From Bacteroidales bacterium UBA1797 (GTDB taxonomy: Bacteria; Bacteroidota; Bacteroidia; Bacteroidales; VadinHA17): 54,698 nt of DNA. The stretch lies in the NCBI GenBank assembly GCA_002319885.1, contig DCFT01000087.1, positions 781 to 55,478 of the forward strand, read 5' to 3'. The notes under the pieces are model-generated. The model was not told where the DNA came from and did not search any database. It saw only the letters and a list, made by a program, of their open reading frames with translations. Positions 49,933-54,698 of the stretch are shown here, piece after piece. Numbering within the stretch: the stretch's first letter is position 1; each line of letters begins with the position of its first letter. The translations under genes and the position numbers were made by a program.

Positions 49933-52377
49933 TTAATTTCTTTTAGAAGGTAAGCTAAAATAGAAAGTTGCTCCTTTACCTTCTTTACCTTCTGCCCAAA
50001 CTGTACCTCCATGCCGGTGAATAATTCTCTGAACTATTGCTAATCCAACACCTGTGCCTTCAAATTCATCAGCTCCATGGAGACGCTGAAAGACTCCGAA
50101 TAGTTTATGGGTATATTCAGGGTTAAACCCCTCCCCATTATCTCTTACATAATAAACATGCCGTCCTTCTTCAGAATAACCTCCAATAGTAATTTTCGGT
50201 ACTTTTTTTAATGAAGAAAACTTAACTGCGTTTGAGATAAGGTTTATCCATACCTGTTTAATATAAGTTGCATCGGCATAAGTATCAGGTAATTCTTCAA
50301 TCACAAATTTCATTTTCCTTTTGTTCTCATCCGAAGCTGCTTCATTGAACATAGACAAAGCCATTTTTGTCATATCAATTTTTGATTTCTTTTGTTCACT
50401 CCTGGTAACTCTTGAAAGAGAGAGTATATCGGTGATAAGTTTGTCCATTTTAATGGTATTACTGCGGATAAGTCCTAAAAGTCTCCGCCCTTCATCATCG
50501 AGTTTAGAACTATAATCCTCTAATATAAACTTGGAGAAGCCGTCAATAGCCCTTAAAGGAGCCCTTAGGTCGTGTGATACGGAATAAGCGAAAGCCTGGA
50601 GCTCGCTATTGACTTCTTCAAGCTGGGAAGTACGTTCATTAACCCGTTTTTCAAGTTCAGAATTTAGCTTTTTAACTTCTTTCTCAACTTTCTTTCGCTG
50701 TTCCATTTCCAGCTTTATATCTTCCAAAAGGTTAATTGTTGCGATTTTAGTTGTTTCTGAGTGGTTGTTAGAGTTCTTCAACTCTTTTTCCGTTTTCTTT
50801 TTATTGGATAACTCTCTTTGCTGTTCCATTGTTCTCTGAACAAGTGTCTGTTCTTCCAGCTTTTTTTTCGTTATATCAGTTGAAATATCTCCTGAAGCAT
50901 TAACATTTTTACCAGATATCTTCGACAACTCAATTATTTCCTTTTTAAGTTCGATCATTTTAAGTTCTCTGCCAAGCATCAGCCTGTTAAATCGTTCAAG
51001 CTCCTCGGCCTTTGCAAGCAGCGCTTTTTCAGCTAGTATGCGATCTGTAATATCCAGAATAGATACTATACTTTGACCGGAACCATGAACCATCCCAATA
51101 TCCAACATGGCGTAACGTGTTTCACCATTTTTATGAATGAGTTTCACCTCATATTTTTTGGGAGCCAAAGAAGGGTCGATACGCCTGAGATTATGGTTTT
51201 TTATCATATTCTGCAGGCTCTCTGTTTCAACATATTTAGTCCATTTCTGCCCGATAAGTTCTTCCTGGGAATATCCGGTAAGCGAAAAACATTCATGATT
51301 GGCCAGTGAGATTGTACTGTCTTCCTCAATTATCAGAGTGGCGGTACCTGTCGATTCAAAAATTGACTGATACTTTTCATGACTTATCCTCAATTCCTCC
51401 TCGGCCAACTTGCGCTCAGTTATATCTTCAAATATGCCTAGAACTCCAACGATCTTACCATCAGCATCACGATACGGAACTTTATTTACATGTGTCCATC
51501 GTTCACGGTTTGAAATCGCATATTTTTCTTCAAATTCCTTTTGAATGCCATTTGCTATAACATCCTGGTCGTCTTTGCGATATTTTTCGGCTAACTCATT
51601 TGAGAAAAAATCAAAGTCATTTCTGCCAACAATATCATTAGAGTTTATACCTAAGTCCTTTGAATATATTTCATTACTTAAAATGTATTTTGAATCAGTG
51701 TCTTTAATAAATATTCTTTGAGGAAGGTGTTTTATTAATGTCCTATTTAAGATTTCACTCTTAATTAACTCATCTTCCGCCTGGTTCCTGTCATGTACAG
51801 ATTTTATAAGCTGCCTGTTCTGATAGGCTTTTGAGGATAATTCATTTGCTATGGCAAATAACATTTGAGCCACTTTAAAAAACTTCTCTTTTGACATTAC
51901 AGTAACATCCTCAAGAGCGGCAATAAATTTTTTCTCGTCGGCGCCAATGATCTTGGCATATTCAATTATTTTTTCACGATCCAGATCATCATTTTTTACC
52001 TGACCTACAAGCCAGTTAGCAAGATGTCTGTCACCAACAATAATGCTGGCGCCTGCATCCCATAAACCACAACTAAAACATGGCCGGATCGTGGGGCCGG
52101 AAGAATTTGGCCTGCCTATTTCGGCATCAGAATTTAAGCAGTTTTTAAGCCCGATTTCTGTTTTTCTTATTATCTCATTACAAAACCATGAGAAATTGCT
52201 TGGCCGGGTAATTGGAGTTCCGTCTGGATAAGTGATTATTGATGCCACCCCGGTCGCATCTGCAAAGAGGTCCTGTATATGTTGAATATCATTTAAATCG
52301 AAGATATCTGAAAAACTGAAATTGTCATCTGCACCTGTTCCTTTTTCATTCTTCATGTTTATTCTGTTAGATATCAA
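49933..52377 (-). CDS. Cytoplasmic sensor kinase, PocR-PAS-PAS-coiled coil-HisKA-HATPase
   Basis: PocR-like start (IQD.FADATG..SNFS.FC..IR.T..G..NC..SD..C..GLWDA); YSVSHDLRAPL, NLISNAVKF, LFGVFQRLH and GTGVGL. Confidence 0.9.
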   Translation of the reverse strand: MISNRINMKNEKGTGADDNFSFSDIFDLNDIQHIQDLFADATGVASIITYPDGTPITRPSNFSWFCNEIIRKTEIGLKNCLNSDAEIGRPNSSGPTIRPCFSCGLWDAGASIIVGDRHLANWLVGQVKNDDLDREKIIEYAKIIGADEKKFIAALEDVTVMSKEKFFKVAQMLFAIANELSSKAYQNRQLIKSVHDRNQAEDELIKSEILNRTLIKHLPQRIFIKDTDSKYILSNEIYSKDLGINSNDIVGRNDFDFFSNELAEKYRKDDQDVIANGIQKEFEEKYAISNRERWTHVNKVPYRDADGKIVGVLGIFEDITERKLAEEELRISHEKYQSIFESTGTATLIIEEDSTISLANHECFSLTGYSQEELIGQKWTKYVETESLQNMIKNHNLRRIDPSLAPKKYEVKLIHKNGETRYAMLDIGMVHGSGQSIVSILDITDRILAEKALLAKAEELERFNRLMLGRELKMIELKKEIIELSKISGKNVNASGDISTDITKKKLEEQTLVQRTMEQQRELSNKKKTEKELKNSNNHSETTKIATINLLEDIKLEMEQRKKVEKEVKKLNSELEKRVNERTSQLEEVNSELQAFAYSVSHDLRAPLRAIDGFSKFILEDYSSKLDDEGRRLLGLIRSNTIKMDKLITDILSLSRVTRSEQKKSKIDMTKMALSMFNEAASDENKRKMKFVIEELPDTYADATYIKQVWINLISNAVKFSSLKKVPKITIGGYSEEGRHVYYVRDNGEGFNPEYTHKLFGVFQRLHGADEFEGTGVGLAIVQRIIHRHGGTVWAEGKEGKGATFYFSLPSKRN

Positions 52378-52424
52378 GTGATTTCATTTCAAATAACAAG
52401 AGAAAAAGAAAATCTTCCGGATTT

Positions 52425-54527
52425 TTAAATTTTTAGTTCACCAATTGTGAATGAGAATGTACTTCCCTTTCCAACTTCGCTCTCAACCCATATTTTCCCA
52501 TTATGCTTTTCTATAAACTCTTTGCAGAGAAGCAATCCAAGACCGGTACTGGATTCTCCATCAGTACCAGGCCTGCTGGTCTTTTGATCCATCTGGAATA
52601 ATTTTCCTTTCAGCTCAGATGACATGCCAATACCTGAATCAATTATTTTAATCTCCAGTAAATTATATTCGTTATATCCAGCTGTTACTTTTACTTTTCC
52701 TCTGGCTTTAGAAAACTTAATGGCATTAGAAACCAGGTTTCTGATAATTGCTTCAAACATATGGTTGTCGGCAATAACTTTCAAATTATCCGGAATATTA
52801 AATTCTATTTCAATCTCCTTTTTCTTTGCTGATTCGGTTAAAACATCTATTGATTCACTGATAATCTTTTTAAGATCAATATTTTCAGGGATAAAATTCA
52901 GTCCACCCCGTCTGAGCCGTGACCATTCAAGCAGATTTTCCAGTAAACTATAGATATTTATGGCAGAAGTCTTCATACTACCTGTAATATCTTTTATCTC
53001 CTCAGTGCTCATTGTCTGAATTTCATCAGTAATGATCTGAGTAGCAGCAACAAATGCGCTTAGCGGCCCGCGAAGATCGTGAGCAATAATTGAAAAGAAT
53101 TTATCTTTTTCAGCATTAATTGCCTGTAATTGCTCATTTTTCAGACTAATCTCCTCCTCTGCTTTCTTTCGTTCAATAGCTGTTGCAATCTGACTTCCAA
53201 TAGATACAAGAAATCTTACATCGTTTTCTGAATATACATTTTCCATGTCGTAATGCTGAAGTACCAAAACCCCAATTACTTTTGAAGGAGTCTGCAATGG
53301 TATTCCAATCCATGAAGGGGAGTTTGAACCCACTAATTCGACTTCATTCTGTTCCAATAGCTGGTCGAAGTGTTCCTGTGTCAGCAAAAGAGGTTTAACT
53401 GTATTGAAAACGTACGCAGAACAGCTCTTCTCCAAAGATGCTGTTGAAGGTGTTGCATCGATCTTATCTACAAAATAAGGAAAGCTAAAGAGTCGGGTTT
53501 TCTCATTAAAAAGAGCAACAAAACAATTTTCAGCATACACAACCTTTCCGATTGAGTGATGAATCAGTTTTAATAATTCATCCAGGTTATCTGTTGAGGT
53601 TATTCCCTGAGTGATTTCAAATAGCGCCTGACTTTCCATTTCAGCTCTCTTCCTTTCAGTAATATCGCGCGACATTCCAAAAGTGCCAATTACTTTACCT
53701 TCATTATCGCGAAGCGGCATCTTAATAGCATAAAACCAGACATCAGAACGATCCTTCCTTGTGAGTTTTTCCTCCTTTTGAATCGGTTGCCCCGATTTTA
53801 TAATTTCCTGCTCATCATTATATGCCTGTCTGGCAGCCGATTCCGCAAAAAAATCAAAATCCGATTTACCAACTATCAATTCTGGCTTATCCAGTCCGAA
53901 AGAACGTGCATGAGCTATGTTTGTCCTGATAAACTTGCTTTCAAGATCTTTGAAATAAACATGATCGGTAAGGTTATTCATGAGAGAGCTAAACAGGAAT
54001 TGTTCTTTCATAAGTGCTTCTTCAGCCTGTTTATGAATAGTTATATCTTTTACCACTGTAAGTATATGCGGGACATTATCAAGATTAATAAGGGATGCAG
54101 ATAACAAACCGTATACTATTTTACCATCCTTTGATAGAAATTTAGCCTCGAAATTTTTTATATTCCCATTTGCTTCAACTTCACTTACCATATGCTCACG
54201 GTCACGAGAATTGACCCAAATGTTCATCTCAATTGATGTTTTACCTATTGAATCGTTTTCCGTATAACCTAAAATATTCGTGAATCCATCATTAACAGAC
54301 ACATACATTCCATCTGACAGCCTGTTGATATTAATTGAATCAGGACTTGTCATATATGCTATCCTGAATTTTTCTCCGCTCTTTTTTGCATTTTCTTCGA
54401 TTTCACGAAGCGTTACTTTTTCTTTTTCATATAATTCTTTGAGTGAATTATATTCACGCTGTAAATTATTGAGCTCCTTAATAAGATCCGTTTGTTTTTG
54501 ATCTTCTACGTTCATATAAATATTCAT
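52425..54527 (-). CDS. Cytoplasmic sensor kinase, PAS-PAS-GAF-HisKA-HATPase
   Basis: Two PAS domains; GAF (SWIGIPL..IGVLVLQ); IIAHDLRGP, NLVSNAIKF, DSGIG and STGLGL. Confidence 0.92.
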   Translation of the reverse strand: MNIYMNVEDQKQTDLIKELNNLQREYNSLKELYEKEKVTLREIEENAKKSGEKFRIAYMTSPDSININRLSDGMYVSVNDGFTNILGYTENDSIGKTSIEMNIWVNSRDREHMVSEVEANGNIKNFEAKFLSKDGKIVYGLLSASLINLDNVPHILTVVKDITIHKQAEEALMKEQFLFSSLMNNLTDHVYFKDLESKFIRTNIAHARSFGLDKPELIVGKSDFDFFAESAARQAYNDEQEIIKSGQPIQKEEKLTRKDRSDVWFYAIKMPLRDNEGKVIGTFGMSRDITERKRAEMESQALFEITQGITSTDNLDELLKLIHHSIGKVVYAENCFVALFNEKTRLFSFPYFVDKIDATPSTASLEKSCSAYVFNTVKPLLLTQEHFDQLLEQNEVELVGSNSPSWIGIPLQTPSKVIGVLVLQHYDMENVYSENDVRFLVSIGSQIATAIERKKAEEEISLKNEQLQAINAEKDKFFSIIAHDLRGPLSAFVAATQIITDEIQTMSTEEIKDITGSMKTSAINIYSLLENLLEWSRLRRGGLNFIPENIDLKKIISESIDVLTESAKKKEIEIEFNIPDNLKVIADNHMFEAIIRNLVSNAIKFSKARGKVKVTAGYNEYNLLEIKIIDSGIGMSSELKGKLFQMDQKTSRPGTDGESSTGLGLLLCKEFIEKHNGKIWVESEVGKGSTFSFTIGELKI

Positions 54528-54630
54528 TTTTGAGAATACACAAGATACGAATTTTCAGACATAGTATAATTTTTTCCTGATTTCGTATTAAAGTTAATAT
54601 TACGCTCCTTAAAAGATGAAATGATTAATT

Positions 54631-54698
54631 GGGTTGAAGGGTTGATGGGTTGAAGGGTTATATAACTTTACATTTCAACTCTTCAACTCTTCAACTCT
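54631..54698. repeat. Inverted octamer tandem repeats, about (GGGTTGAA)3 ... (TTCAACTC)3, cut by window end
   Basis: Directly visible; the arms are complementary allowing G-U pairs. Confidence 0.75.

Noticed and set aside
1-54698. tRNA/rRNA genes, selenocysteine or stop-codon readthrough, remaining short ORFs in the track
   Set aside because: No cloverleaf or rRNA-like segment was recognised, the main ORFs are intact without needing recoding, and the other short ORFs overlap confident genes.

Overview
AT-rich chromosomal window from an anaerobic Bacteroidota (Bacteroidales-like) organism, judged from gene families and TAnnTTTG -7 promoter elements. In order it holds: the end of a hexuronate locus (ExuT-like MFS, LacI regulator, uxaE); a GH35 beta-galactosidase, an MsbA-like ABC transporter, purB and mqnA; several small genes and a group II PLP decarboxylase; sulfate-assimilation genes (DUF2061-cysH-cysD-cysN ... 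cysE-cysK) split by a Cys-rich Fe-S gene and an ~11.5 kb copper cluster (HYC_CC_PP, HMA, cusA, TolC, cusB, DUF302, copA, SHOCT); dinB, a secreted Lys/Thr-rich repeat protein and a SNF2 ATPase; an iron-sulfur flavoprotein; a trimeric [FeFe]-hydrogenase flanked by REP doublets; a HAD hydrolase; a LytS/LytTR pair with an FG-GAP-like ectodomain; transketolase; and a four-gene PAS/PocR/GAF signalling cluster. I see no rRNA, tRNA, CRISPR array or transposase. The best leads are (1) a possible metal-sensing leader ORF plus a ~117-nt nested hairpin heading a copper cluster that has no regulator gene, (2) a hydrogenase with non-bifurcating signatures bracketed by direct copies of a REP doublet, one carrying a 22-bp tandem expansion, and (3) several intergenic palindromic/MITE-like families that appear nested inside one another. 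All family assignments come from motif recognition by eye; no database search was run.
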